Below the pieces are notes generated by a model. It had not been told where the DNA came from and searched no databases. It saw only the letters and a list, made by a program, of their open reading frames with translations. Shown here piece by piece: positions 35,401 to 42,487 of a stretch of 52,926 nt of DNA (position 1 is its first letter; the number at the start of each line of letters is the position of its first letter). The position numbers and the translations under genes are program-made. Origin of the DNA: Candidatus Omnitrophota bacterium (lineage in GTDB: Bacteria; Omnitrophota; Gorgyraeia; Aquiviventales; Aquiviventaceae); NCBI GenBank assembly GCA_016193195.1, contig JACPSQ010000035.1, positions 2,435 to 55,360 of the forward strand, in the 5' to 3' direction.

Positions 35401-35514
35401 CCCACCGAGGCGCGGCTCCAGGCCTTCAGGCAGGCGGAGGACGCACGCGACCCCGACGTGGCTGAGGCGGCGGCTGACGCGCGACCGGAAGCTGGGCTGA
35501 CCACGGTTGCATAA
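32473..35514 (+). CDS. Fusion: PseG-like (GT28-C-type) domain + ~650-aa region of unknown function
   Basis: GTG 32473 is in frame with the ORF-track start 32413, which lies deep inside neuB. The PseG-like part is 'VTIHLQGGRQIGMGHVVRMLWLAQSL', 'VVTLGGSDPHGV', 'ADVAICASGHTLFEMLSVGTPVLAI'. After about aa 400 I see no motif I can assign, except the GT-B-like 'HVVLYASSSVALAALSHGIPVIFVD'. Confidence 0.75.
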   Translation: MSPLPLEIDPPHVTIHLQGGRQIGMGHVVRMLWLAQSLTARGLAVEMLLRGEPEAAAMIRQAGFPVQAYSAGASAVVTVERYLDQPGPQPSVWVNDCLTVSPSVHAALQRRAIPIVSLDDEGRGLSRLDLVVNAMPAFWQEALPTGAQMYQGPEYMILNPLVKVYHDRPRPIRTRPSQAVVTLGGSDPHGVIFNVLRALATMPSALEWHVFVGPLFAHRRALDRWQKRLAGQVCLRWHDGQSEVIPTFAQADVAICASGHTLFEMLSVGTPVLAIANARHEIVNGRYFASLGACHFLGLHTAVTPGRIGQAVRQLLADPTQRARLSQRGQSYIDGRGAERVTELLERLARRPVSARRVVEAVEQQAHAAAPTGPTAREDGHPGVLLCDRLEPLMRLSRRHGLSQARFIVLSETSEHAAIRGWLRERLGAEELPYVELSRARRQAFQPRYIEFIGRFNRTHRSPFWLAMPFTAKSMLSTGLCRNTFQFLLIVELLQTSDRPLIVITHNRTMADQVVLWARVQPRWVCNAVRGRSVLKRLFKRFTPLAILVAMIRTSVVWVLSRRFRLDGDRWRDATIVVTTFPNSSIQLPVYREAYFGSLPASLTQHGQRVVLFALYAERALSHILALRRVSQGLPVVPQEAYLTWPDLLACGVRALIQWMKRFPYREPVQIDGISVDVLVEREIAESCQSRSLFWHLCIAAAARRLGQRLAPARCLYPFENRAWEKMFLIGLREASPHTETIGYQHTVFTFAHTNLFFGEGEARLTPLPNCILTAGEVTKQRLEEHGRYPDGLLRLGCALYQRQPQSLERRTSRPVQLTNLLVALSNDREEYVRVLQFLREALADLHGYQIRLRPNPGLGVRLLEEALATVRHPAGGRYDVSRTSLPEDLRWAHVVLYASSSVALAALSHGIPVIFVDVGKFLDPDPCLAMHDLKWAVDEPSALHPTLRRIAALPDEMFELQQRRALAYVERYFPAPTEARLQAFRQAEDARDPDVAEAAADARPEAGLTTVA

Positions 35515-35517
35515 CTC

Positions 35518-36267
35518 ATGCAGGACCTGCACGACAGAGCCAAGGTGGAAATCCAGGCCCGCTACGATCGGATGGCCAAGGCCGAACTGACCGGCGCAGG
35601 GTCGTTTGAGCCGGTGGGCCGAGCCAAACACTACTTCCGGGCCCGCAAGCTCCAGGCCGCCCTCGCCTTGGGGTCGTTTCCCGCAGGGGGGCGGCTCCTG
35701 GAGATTGGCTGCTCCGTGGGCCAGTTTTCGTTTCCGCTGGCCAGGTTGGGCTATCAGGTCTGCGGGATGGACTTGTCTTCGAACTCGGTCGAGGTGGCCA
35801 CGCAGCGGGCCCAGGCCCAAGAGCTGACCGGGCTGACGTTCGTGGTCGGCGATGCCGAGCTCCTGAGCCGGTTTCCCACGGACGGATTTGACGGGATCGT
35901 GTCGTTTTCCACCCTGCGCTATGTCAACAATCTCTCGAACGCCCTCGTTGAGGTGTACCGGGTGCTGAAGCCGGGCGCCAGAGCGGTCATCGACTTCCCG
36001 AACCGGTGGTGCCCGTGGTTCTACCTGAAGCCGTGGCTGGGCAGCGAGCCTCACCCGCACGACCACTGGTTCTCGGAGGGCGCCCTGCGGAAGCTGTTCG
36101 CGCAGGCGGGCTTCCGCGACGTGCAGGTGCGGCACCTGCTCTTCACCCCCACGGTGGCGCCCGACCGCGCGCTCCGTGTCTTTCAAGGGATGGACTGGAT
36201 CGGTGAACGGCTCCCCCTCGTCCGGCGGCTGGCGGGCATCATCATGGTGGGCGCGAGGAAGCCATGA
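35518..36267 (+). CDS. Class I SAM-dependent methyltransferase
   Basis: 'GRLLEIGCSVGQFSFPLARLGYQVCGMDLS', 'FDGIVSFSTLRYV', 'VYRVLKPGARAVIDFPN'. Confidence 0.85.
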   Translation: MQDLHDRAKVEIQARYDRMAKAELTGAGSFEPVGRAKHYFRARKLQAALALGSFPAGGRLLEIGCSVGQFSFPLARLGYQVCGMDLSSNSVEVATQRAQAQELTGLTFVVGDAELLSRFPTDGFDGIVSFSTLRYVNNLSNALVEVYRVLKPGARAVIDFPNRWCPWFYLKPWLGSEPHPHDHWFSEGALRKLFAQAGFRDVQVRHLLFTPTVAPDRALRVFQGMDWIGERLPLVRRLAGIIMVGARKP

Positions 36268-39104
36268 GACCGGTGGACGTGCTCCTGACCTGTGATATCC
36301 ACACCCACATGTCTGGGAGCGAGCCGGTCCGGCGTGACCTGGTGGAGGCCCGCCGGCTCCTGCAGGCCGTGGGGGTGCGGTGCACCTTTTTCTTTCCCGC
36401 GCGGTCGGCGGAGCTGCTGCGGGATCAAGTGGAGGCCCTGCGCGCGGAAGGGCATGAGATCGGCTGCCACGGCTTGACGCATGACCCGTCGGAGAACTAC
36501 GGCCGGCTGCCGCGTCAGGCCCAAGAGACGCTGCTGACGGAGGCCACAAGGCGGTTGACCGGCGTGCTAGGGCAGCCGCCCGTCAGCTTCCGAGCGCCGG
36601 TGTTCAAGCTCTCGCGCGACACTATCCGCGTGCTCGAGGCGCTGGGGTACCGCACCGATTTGTCGGTGACCGCGCAGCGGCTCGGCGTCTTCGGCTCAGA
36701 CCTCTATGACATGAAGCCGTTCTTCGCCCCACGGCGACCGTATCATCCGACCCTCTCCAATCCCTTCAGGAAAGGCGCGGCGCAGATCTGGGAGATTCCG
36801 GTGTCGGCCTGGCTGCTGCCCTTCCTGTCCAACACGGAGCGGTTGTGCGGCCTGCGATTCATGCAATGGTTCTTTCGAGCGCTGTATATCGAGGCGCGGA
36901 CGACGGGCAAGCCCATCGTCTTCATGTTCCATGCGGAGGACTTGAACGCGGCGCGCGGGGCGCAGGAACCGTGGCGCTTATCCTGGCGGGATTTCATCCC
37001 GTCGAGGACCTTCGGGTTCCAGTTCCGCCATGCGCTCTTGGAGCGCGACTGGCGTCGGGTCCAACAAGACCTGGTGGCCCTGCTGCGGTTCATGGCCGGA
37101 TTTCCGGCGGTGCGATTTCTGACGGTGAACGAGTACCTCCCCCTGCTCGAAGACGGACACGCGGTTCCGGAGGCGACCCCGACACCCGCGGCTGTGGCCG
37201 TGGCGGCGGCGTCAGCCGCGGCGCCTGCGGCGCGCCGCGAGGAGCCGCGGAAGGACATCCTCTGCATCTCCTCCATTGATTGGGACTTTATCTGGCAGGG
37301 CCACCAGGAGGTCATGGCGACCTTGGCGGCGCAGGGGAACCGGGTGCTCTTCATCGAGAACACCGGGGTCCGCGCCCCCACCCTGCACGATCTTCCACGC
37401 CTGACACATCGCGTCGTGAACTGGGTGCGCAGCGTCAAGGGATTCCGCCAGGAGCGGGAGCGCCTGTTCATCTACTCGCCCCTGGTCCTCCCGTTTCCCT
37501 ATTCCACCCCAGCCCGGTGGCTCAATCGCAGCCTGATGCTCCGGGCGCTCCAGCGGTGGATGCGCGCCACGGGGTTTCACCGGCCGCTCCTCTGGACGTT
37601 TCTGCCGACCCCGCTCACCATTGATCTGATCCACGAGCTGGATCCTGAGCTGACCGTCTATTACTGTATTGATGACCTCGCCTCAAGCTCCTCAGCCGCC
37701 CGCCGGATCAGCCGGAGCGAAACCCGCCTCTTCAAGATGGCGGACGTGGTGTTCGTGACCTCTGAGAAGCTCCAGCAGCACGCCGCGCGCTTCAACGACC
37801 GTGTCTCCCTGTTCCCCTTCGGCGTGGATTTTGAGGCCTTCGAGCGGGTTCGCGAGGAGGCCGATGAGATCCCGCCAGATCTGCGCGTGCTGCCGCGGCC
37901 TGTCATCGGGTACGTCGGGGGCATCCACCAATGGGTGGATCAAGACCTGCTGGTCGCCGTCGCCAAGGCGATGCCACAGGCCAGCGTGGCGCTCGTCGGG
38001 CCGCTGCAGACCGACGTGTCGAAGCTGGCGAGGCAGCCCAACATCCACCTGCTCCGCGGGCGTCCTCATGCGGAGCTGCCGCGGTACATCAAGGGGTTCG
38101 ATGTCGGGATCATCTCCTACCGGTTGAGCGACTACACGGCCCATGTCTACCCGACCAAGCTCAATGAATACCTCGCCATGGGCATTCCCGTGGTGGCGAC
38201 CGACCTGCCGGAGATCCGTCGCTTCAATGCGGAGCACGGGGGGATTGTCAGCGTTGCACGGGATGCCAAGGAGTTCGTGCACGCAATCCGCCATGTCCTT
38301 GCCTCCAGTTCCCCTGAGCTCATCCGGCGGCGGATCGATGTCGCGCGGCAGAATAGCTGGCAGTCGAGGATCGCCCAGATGTCAGCCCTCATCAACGAGG
38401 CGATGGAGCGGCGGCGCGCCGAACCGGAGGCGTGGGAGCAGAAGCTCCGCCGGGTCTATCGGGCGGCCCGGCGCCGGATCCTGAAGGCGGCCATCGCCGC
38501 CACCCTGGCCTACCTGGTGGTGTTCCAAAGCCCCGTGGTGTGGTGGATGGCGGAGCCGCTGCGATTGGCGGCGCCCGCCAGGCCCGCGGATGCCATCGTC
38601 GTGCTGGGGGGCGGGGTGGGGGAGTCAGGCAAAGCCGGCCAGGGCTATCAGGAGCGCGTCAAGCACGCCGTGGACCTGTACCGGGCGGGGCAGGCACCGA
38701 GCCTCATCTTCTCCTCCGGCTATACCTTCATCTTCCAGGAGACGGAGGTGATGCGGGAGCTTGCGATCGCCGAGGGCGTGCCCGCCTCGGCAATCAGCCT
38801 GGAGACCCGCGCGGCGAACACCTTCGAGCAGGCGCGTGCGGTGTCGCGGATGCTCCAGGGGGAGCCACGCGGGTCGATCCTCCTGGTGAGCTCGCCCTTC
38901 CACATGCGGCGCGCCGTGTGGACCTTTCGCAGGGTCGCCCCCTCGATCGAGGTGATTCCCGCCCCCATTCCTGAGAGCCAGTTTTACGCGCATGCCCGCG
39001 GCGCCAGCCTCCGGCAGATGTGGGGCATCTTCCACGAGTATGTCGGCATCGTCTATTACTGGGTGAAGGGGTGGATCCGGTTGACGCCGGCGGCCGGAGG
39101 ATGA
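36264..39104 (+). CDS. Triple-domain protein: polysaccharide deacetylase-like + group-1 glycosyltransferase + DUF218 (YdcF/ElyC-like)
   Basis: Deacetylase-like: 'VRCTFFFPARSAELL...EGHEIGCHGLTHD'. An Ala-rich linker sits around 37190-37240. GT: 'ILCISSIDWDFIWQGHQEVMATLAAQGNRVLFIENTG', 'IGYVGGIHQWVDQDLL', 'PTKLNEYLAMGIPVVATDLPE'. One TM segment is 'AIAATLAYLVVF'. DUF218: 'ADAIVVLGGGV...LIFSSGY...ETRAANTFEQA...ILLVSSPFHMRRA'. Confidence 0.85.
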   Translation: MRPVDVLLTCDIHTHMSGSEPVRRDLVEARRLLQAVGVRCTFFFPARSAELLRDQVEALRAEGHEIGCHGLTHDPSENYGRLPRQAQETLLTEATRRLTGVLGQPPVSFRAPVFKLSRDTIRVLEALGYRTDLSVTAQRLGVFGSDLYDMKPFFAPRRPYHPTLSNPFRKGAAQIWEIPVSAWLLPFLSNTERLCGLRFMQWFFRALYIEARTTGKPIVFMFHAEDLNAARGAQEPWRLSWRDFIPSRTFGFQFRHALLERDWRRVQQDLVALLRFMAGFPAVRFLTVNEYLPLLEDGHAVPEATPTPAAVAVAAASAAAPAARREEPRKDILCISSIDWDFIWQGHQEVMATLAAQGNRVLFIENTGVRAPTLHDLPRLTHRVVNWVRSVKGFRQERERLFIYSPLVLPFPYSTPARWLNRSLMLRALQRWMRATGFHRPLLWTFLPTPLTIDLIHELDPELTVYYCIDDLASSSSAARRISRSETRLFKMADVVFVTSEKLQQHAARFNDRVSLFPFGVDFEAFERVREEADEIPPDLRVLPRPVIGYVGGIHQWVDQDLLVAVAKAMPQASVALVGPLQTDVSKLARQPNIHLLRGRPHAELPRYIKGFDVGIISYRLSDYTAHVYPTKLNEYLAMGIPVVATDLPEIRRFNAEHGGIVSVARDAKEFVHAIRHVLASSSPELIRRRIDVARQNSWQSRIAQMSALINEAMERRRAEPEAWEQKLRRVYRAARRRILKAAIAATLAYLVVFQSPVVWWMAEPLRLAAPARPADAIVVLGGGVGESGKAGQGYQERVKHAVDLYRAGQAPSLIFSSGYTFIFQETEVMRELAIAEGVPASAISLETRAANTFEQARAVSRMLQGEPRGSILLVSSPFHMRRAVWTFRRVAPSIEVIPAPIPESQFYAHARGASLRQMWGIFHEYVGIVYYWVKGWIRLTPAAGG

Positions 39105-39907
39105 GCGGCGATGGCTGTTCGGCCGACTACTACGCCCGCTACATCGAAGCCGCGCAGTCGCACTGGTGGTTCCGGGGGCGGGCGCGGGTGATCCGGTCGC
39201 TGGGGCGGGGGCTGGCCATGCCGCTCTACCCCGTGGTGGTCGTGGATGTCGGCAGCGGGCCAGGCGGACCGGCGCGCGCGGTGTTTCCGAATCACCATCT
39301 CGTGGCGATGGACCTGAGCCCGCTTCCCCTGCGGGCCTACGCCGCGGCGGAGAGCCGGGTGGTGGCGGACGCCGACTGGTTGCCCTGTCGGGAGGCGAGC
39401 GTGGCGGCGGTCTGCGCCTTCGACGTGCTGGAACACCTGGGCGACGATCGGCGCGCGCTCCTGGAGTGGCGCCGGGCGCTGGTAGGCGGCGGCTATCTCC
39501 TGCTGACCGTGCCTGCCTATCGGTGGTTATGGGGATCGCATGACGTCGCCAATGGCCACCGGCGGCGCTACTCGGCGGCCGCCCTGTTGGGCCTCTTGAC
39601 TGACGCCGGGTTTATCGTGGAGCGGCTGACATATTTCAATATGCTCATGCTGCCCGCAGTGGCTGTCGTGCGCTGGACCGAGCGGTGGTTCCGTTCTCAC
39701 CAGGAGGGAAACAGCCAGCCAGTGCAGCTGGACTGCCAACGGCGGTTCCCAGCGTGGATCGAACGCTGTTGTGAAGGGGCGATGGCGCTCGAGGCCTGGT
39801 GGCTCCGGCGCCGTCGCTTGGGGGCTGGCGTGTCGCTCGGCGTGATCGCGAGAAAAGCCGGGGACGCGTCGCAGACATGCGCGCAGGCACGGAGCGCTCA
39901 CGGATAA
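39101..39907 (+). CDS. Class I SAM-dependent methyltransferase
   Basis: ATG 39101 makes an ATGA overlap. 'HWWFRGR', 'VVVDVGSGPGG', 'VCAFDVLEHLGDDRRALLEWRRALVGGGYLLLTVPA'. Confidence 0.8.
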   Translation: MSGDGCSADYYARYIEAAQSHWWFRGRARVIRSLGRGLAMPLYPVVVVDVGSGPGGPARAVFPNHHLVAMDLSPLPLRAYAAAESRVVADADWLPCREASVAAVCAFDVLEHLGDDRRALLEWRRALVGGGYLLLTVPAYRWLWGSHDVANGHRRRYSAAALLGLLTDAGFIVERLTYFNMLMLPAVAVVRWTERWFRSHQEGNSQPVQLDCQRRFPAWIERCCEGAMALEAWWLRRRRLGAGVSLGVIARKAGDASQTCAQARSAHG

Positions 39908-41143
39908 ATGCGGGAGAACGGGGGAAAGGCAAAACTGATCGAAGGCGTCGCCCCTGTTGATGAGCGTGCGTCAGGCCGGCCGCCGGACGCGCACGGGGCA
40001 AGGGGCGAGGTGACCGTTCCCTTTCACGTGCCGTTTCTTGACGAGGAAGAGACGCGGGCTGTGATCGCGGCGCTGCGAGCGGGAAGTTTGGGAGGGGGGG
40101 GAGCGTACAGCCGGCAAGTTGAAGCGCATCTCCGGGCCGTGCTGAAGAGTCCTGCCGCGTTCTTTGTGACCTCATGCACGCATGCGCTGGAGCTGGCGTT
40201 GATGGCTCTCAGGATCGGGCGAGGCGATGAGGTGATTCTGCCGAGCTTTACATTCCCGAGCACGGCGACCTGTGTCCTGCGCCAGGGAGCGATCCCTGTC
40301 TTTGCCGATGTCGCATCCGACACGTGGATCATGGGCGCCGAGGAGGTGAGCCGGTGCCTGAGTGCGAAGACGCGGGCGACGATTCTCGTCCATTATGCGG
40401 GCCATCCGGCTCCGGCGAAGGAGATTGCCGCCCGCCTCCCTGCGGGCTGCCTGATCATTGAGGACGCCGCGCATGCCTTTGGAGCGATGACTGATCAAGG
40501 ACGACCGGTCGGTATGCTGGGAGACGCAGGGTGTTTTAGTTTCCATGCCACGAAGAACCTCACCTGCGGCGAAGGCGGGGCGCTGGTTCTGAAAGACCCT
40601 GAGATCGCTCAGCGGGCGGAGCGCATCCGGGAGAAGGGCACGAACCGTTCGGAATTCCTCAGGGGAGAGGTCGATCGGTATTCCTGGGTGTCGGAGGGCT
40701 CGAGTTATGTCGCGTCGGATCTTCTGGCCGCCGTCTTAGTGGAGCAACTCAAAAAGAGCCCGCTCATTTACGAACGGCGTCGAGCGATTTGGCATCGGTA
40801 CGCCCAGCGCCTGGCCCCGTTGGCGGCGCGGGGAGGACTCCAGCTGCCGATCCTTCAGCCAGGCGTCCAGTCCAGTTACCATATTTTTGCGATTCTCGTT
40901 GCGCCCGATCGCCGGGATGGGCTCAGACAGCAGCTGCTGAGGCGTGGCGTTGAGACGACATCGCACTATGTCCCTCTGCACACCTCTCCGTATTGGCGGC
41001 ACGCGACCCGGAACGCGCAACGACCGCTTCCTGTGACGGAGCACATCGGCCGATCGCTGTTGCGCTTGCCGATCTACCCCAGTTTGGAGCCGGCGCAGCA
41101 GGATCTGGTCATCGATACGTTGTACGAGCTCTTGTCCGCCTAA
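39908..41143 (+). CDS. DegT-family aminotransferase, WecE-like (dTDP-4-amino-4,6-dideoxyhexose transaminase type)
   Basis: 'ILPSFTFPSTATCVLRQGAIPVFADV', 'GCFSFHATKNLTCGEGGALVL', 'IREKGTNRSEFLRGEVDRYSWVSEGSSYVASDLLAAVL'. The last closely parallels the E. coli WecE segment as I remember it. An alternative in-frame start is GTG 40010 (VTVPFHVPF). Confidence 0.85.
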   Translation: MRENGGKAKLIEGVAPVDERASGRPPDAHGARGEVTVPFHVPFLDEEETRAVIAALRAGSLGGGGAYSRQVEAHLRAVLKSPAAFFVTSCTHALELALMALRIGRGDEVILPSFTFPSTATCVLRQGAIPVFADVASDTWIMGAEEVSRCLSAKTRATILVHYAGHPAPAKEIAARLPAGCLIIEDAAHAFGAMTDQGRPVGMLGDAGCFSFHATKNLTCGEGGALVLKDPEIAQRAERIREKGTNRSEFLRGEVDRYSWVSEGSSYVASDLLAAVLVEQLKKSPLIYERRRAIWHRYAQRLAPLAARGGLQLPILQPGVQSSYHIFAILVAPDRRDGLRQQLLRRGVETTSHYVPLHTSPYWRHATRNAQRPLPVTEHIGRSLLRLPIYPSLEPAQQDLVIDTLYELLSA

Positions 41144-41144
41144 G

Positions 41145-41930
41145 ATGGCCCGGATCGCCGGCGTCAGCGGTGGAGGAGGGGCTGAGAGCCTTGATTTGAG
41201 CTTGGTGCTGGCGTGCTACAACGAAGAGCCGCTGCTCGTTCAGAGCGTGAAGGACATCGTCGCCGTGCTCGAGGCCAGTCGGCTGTCCTATGAAATCATC
41301 TTCGTTGATGATGCGAGCAGGGATCGAACGAGATCGCTAATTGACATGATCCTGAGGGAGTACCAGGGGCGGACAACCATGCGGGCCCTCTTTCATGACC
41401 GGAACATTGGCCGGGGCGGAGCCGTGCAGGATGGTTTCCGAGCCGCGCGGGGTGAGATTATCGGGTATCTGGACGTCGACCTGGAAATCCAGGCCTTGGC
41501 GATCCTCGCCTGCGTGCTCGCGATTCGGCGCGGGTGCGATGTCGCGGTGGCAAAGCGCCTGTACGCCTTTACCTGGCGGTCGGTGGATCGGAATATCCTC
41601 AGCAAGGGGTATGCGTGGCTCGTTCGGAGGGTCCTGGGGATTCGGGAGCTGACCGACACGGAATCGGGCTGCAAATTTTTTCGCCGCGATACGCTCGGGC
41701 CCGTGCTTCAGCAGTGTGAACATATGGGCTGGTTTTGGGATACGGAGATCATGGTGCGCTGCCATGCGGCAGGGCTGCGGATGACGGAAGTGCCGTTGCT
41801 GTATCTGCGTCGTTTTGATAAACCCTCCTCGGTTCGGCCCTGGAAGGACGCGATGGACTATTTCGTCCAGCTCCTTCGATTTCGGACGAAGATGGCGCAG
41901 GCTCACACGAAAGAGCCGGTGTCGTCATGA
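41145..41930 (+). CDS. GT2 glycosyltransferase, polyprenyl-phosphate sugar synthase-like (DPM1/ArnC/GtrB type)
   Basis: 'LSLVLACYNEEPLLVQSVKDIVAVLEASRLSYEIIFVDDASRDRT', 'GYLDVDLE', 'ESGCKFFRR'. Confidence 0.8.
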   Translation: MARIAGVSGGGGAESLDLSLVLACYNEEPLLVQSVKDIVAVLEASRLSYEIIFVDDASRDRTRSLIDMILREYQGRTTMRALFHDRNIGRGGAVQDGFRAARGEIIGYLDVDLEIQALAILACVLAIRRGCDVAVAKRLYAFTWRSVDRNILSKGYAWLVRRVLGIRELTDTESGCKFFRRDTLGPVLQQCEHMGWFWDTEIMVRCHAAGLRMTEVPLLYLRRFDKPSSVRPWKDAMDYFVQLLRFRTKMAQAHTKEPVSS

Positions 41931-42487
41931 GAGCGATCCGTGAAATTGGTTGGCGCCGGACGCTGAAATTTGCGCTGTTCACGTGCGCGCATGCGGTCTA
42001 TGAGGCCGCCCTGTTTCCCCCATTGCGAGCGGCGATGCTGACGCTCTTCGGCGCACACGTCGGCCGGGGTGCCGTCGTGCAGCGCGTCCGGTTCTGCAAT
42101 ATGGATCGGACGGGCTTCCGGGGGCTGTGCATCGGTGATTCCTGTTTCCTGGGTGATGAATGCCTGATTGATTTGGCGGACGAGGTGACGATGGAAGCGC
42201 AGACGACGCTCGCGGAGCGCGTCACGATCCTGACGCATACGAATGTCGGGTATCGCGATCACCCGTTGCGGGCGTTCATCCCCTCGATGACGGCTCCTGT
42301 GGTGCTGCGACGAGGAGCGTTCGTCGGGGCGAATGTCACGGTGCTGCCTGGCGTGGAGATCGGGGAGTGCGCGGTGGTGGCGGCGGGCGCCGTTGTGCGC
42401 GAGTCTGTGCCGCCGTGGACTGTGGTGGGCGGCGTGCCGGCGCACGTCCTCAAGCGCCTGCGCGACACCTCGGCGGCCTCGGCATGA
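41927..42487 (+). CDS. Left-handed beta-helix (hexapeptide-repeat) acetyltransferase, WbbJ/WcaF-like
   Basis: 'VVLRRGAFVGANVTVLPGVEIGECAVVAAGAVVRESVPPWTVVGGVPAHVLKRL'. ATGA overlaps at both ends. Confidence 0.8.
   Translation: MRAIREIGWRRTLKFALFTCAHAVYEAALFPPLRAAMLTLFGAHVGRGAVVQRVRFCNMDRTGFRGLCIGDSCFLGDECLIDLADEVTMEAQTTLAERVTILTHTNVGYRDHPLRAFIPSMTAPVVLRRGAFVGANVTVLPGVEIGECAVVAAGAVVRESVPPWTVVGGVPAHVLKRLRDTSAASA

Noticed and set aside
37190-37245. Ala-rich, GC-rich stretch (AAVAVAAASAAAPAARRE), considered as a DNA repeat.
   Set aside because: It has no periodic unit at the nucleotide level and reads as a low-complexity inter-domain linker within the triple-fusion ORF.
40094-40101. G8 homopolymer inside the WecE-like aminotransferase (codons LGGGGA), considered as a slipped-strand phase-variation switch.
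   Set aside because: G7 runs also occur at about 10065, 15786 and 46212, so such runs look like a by-product of composition here. No length heterogeneity can be assessed from a single sequence.
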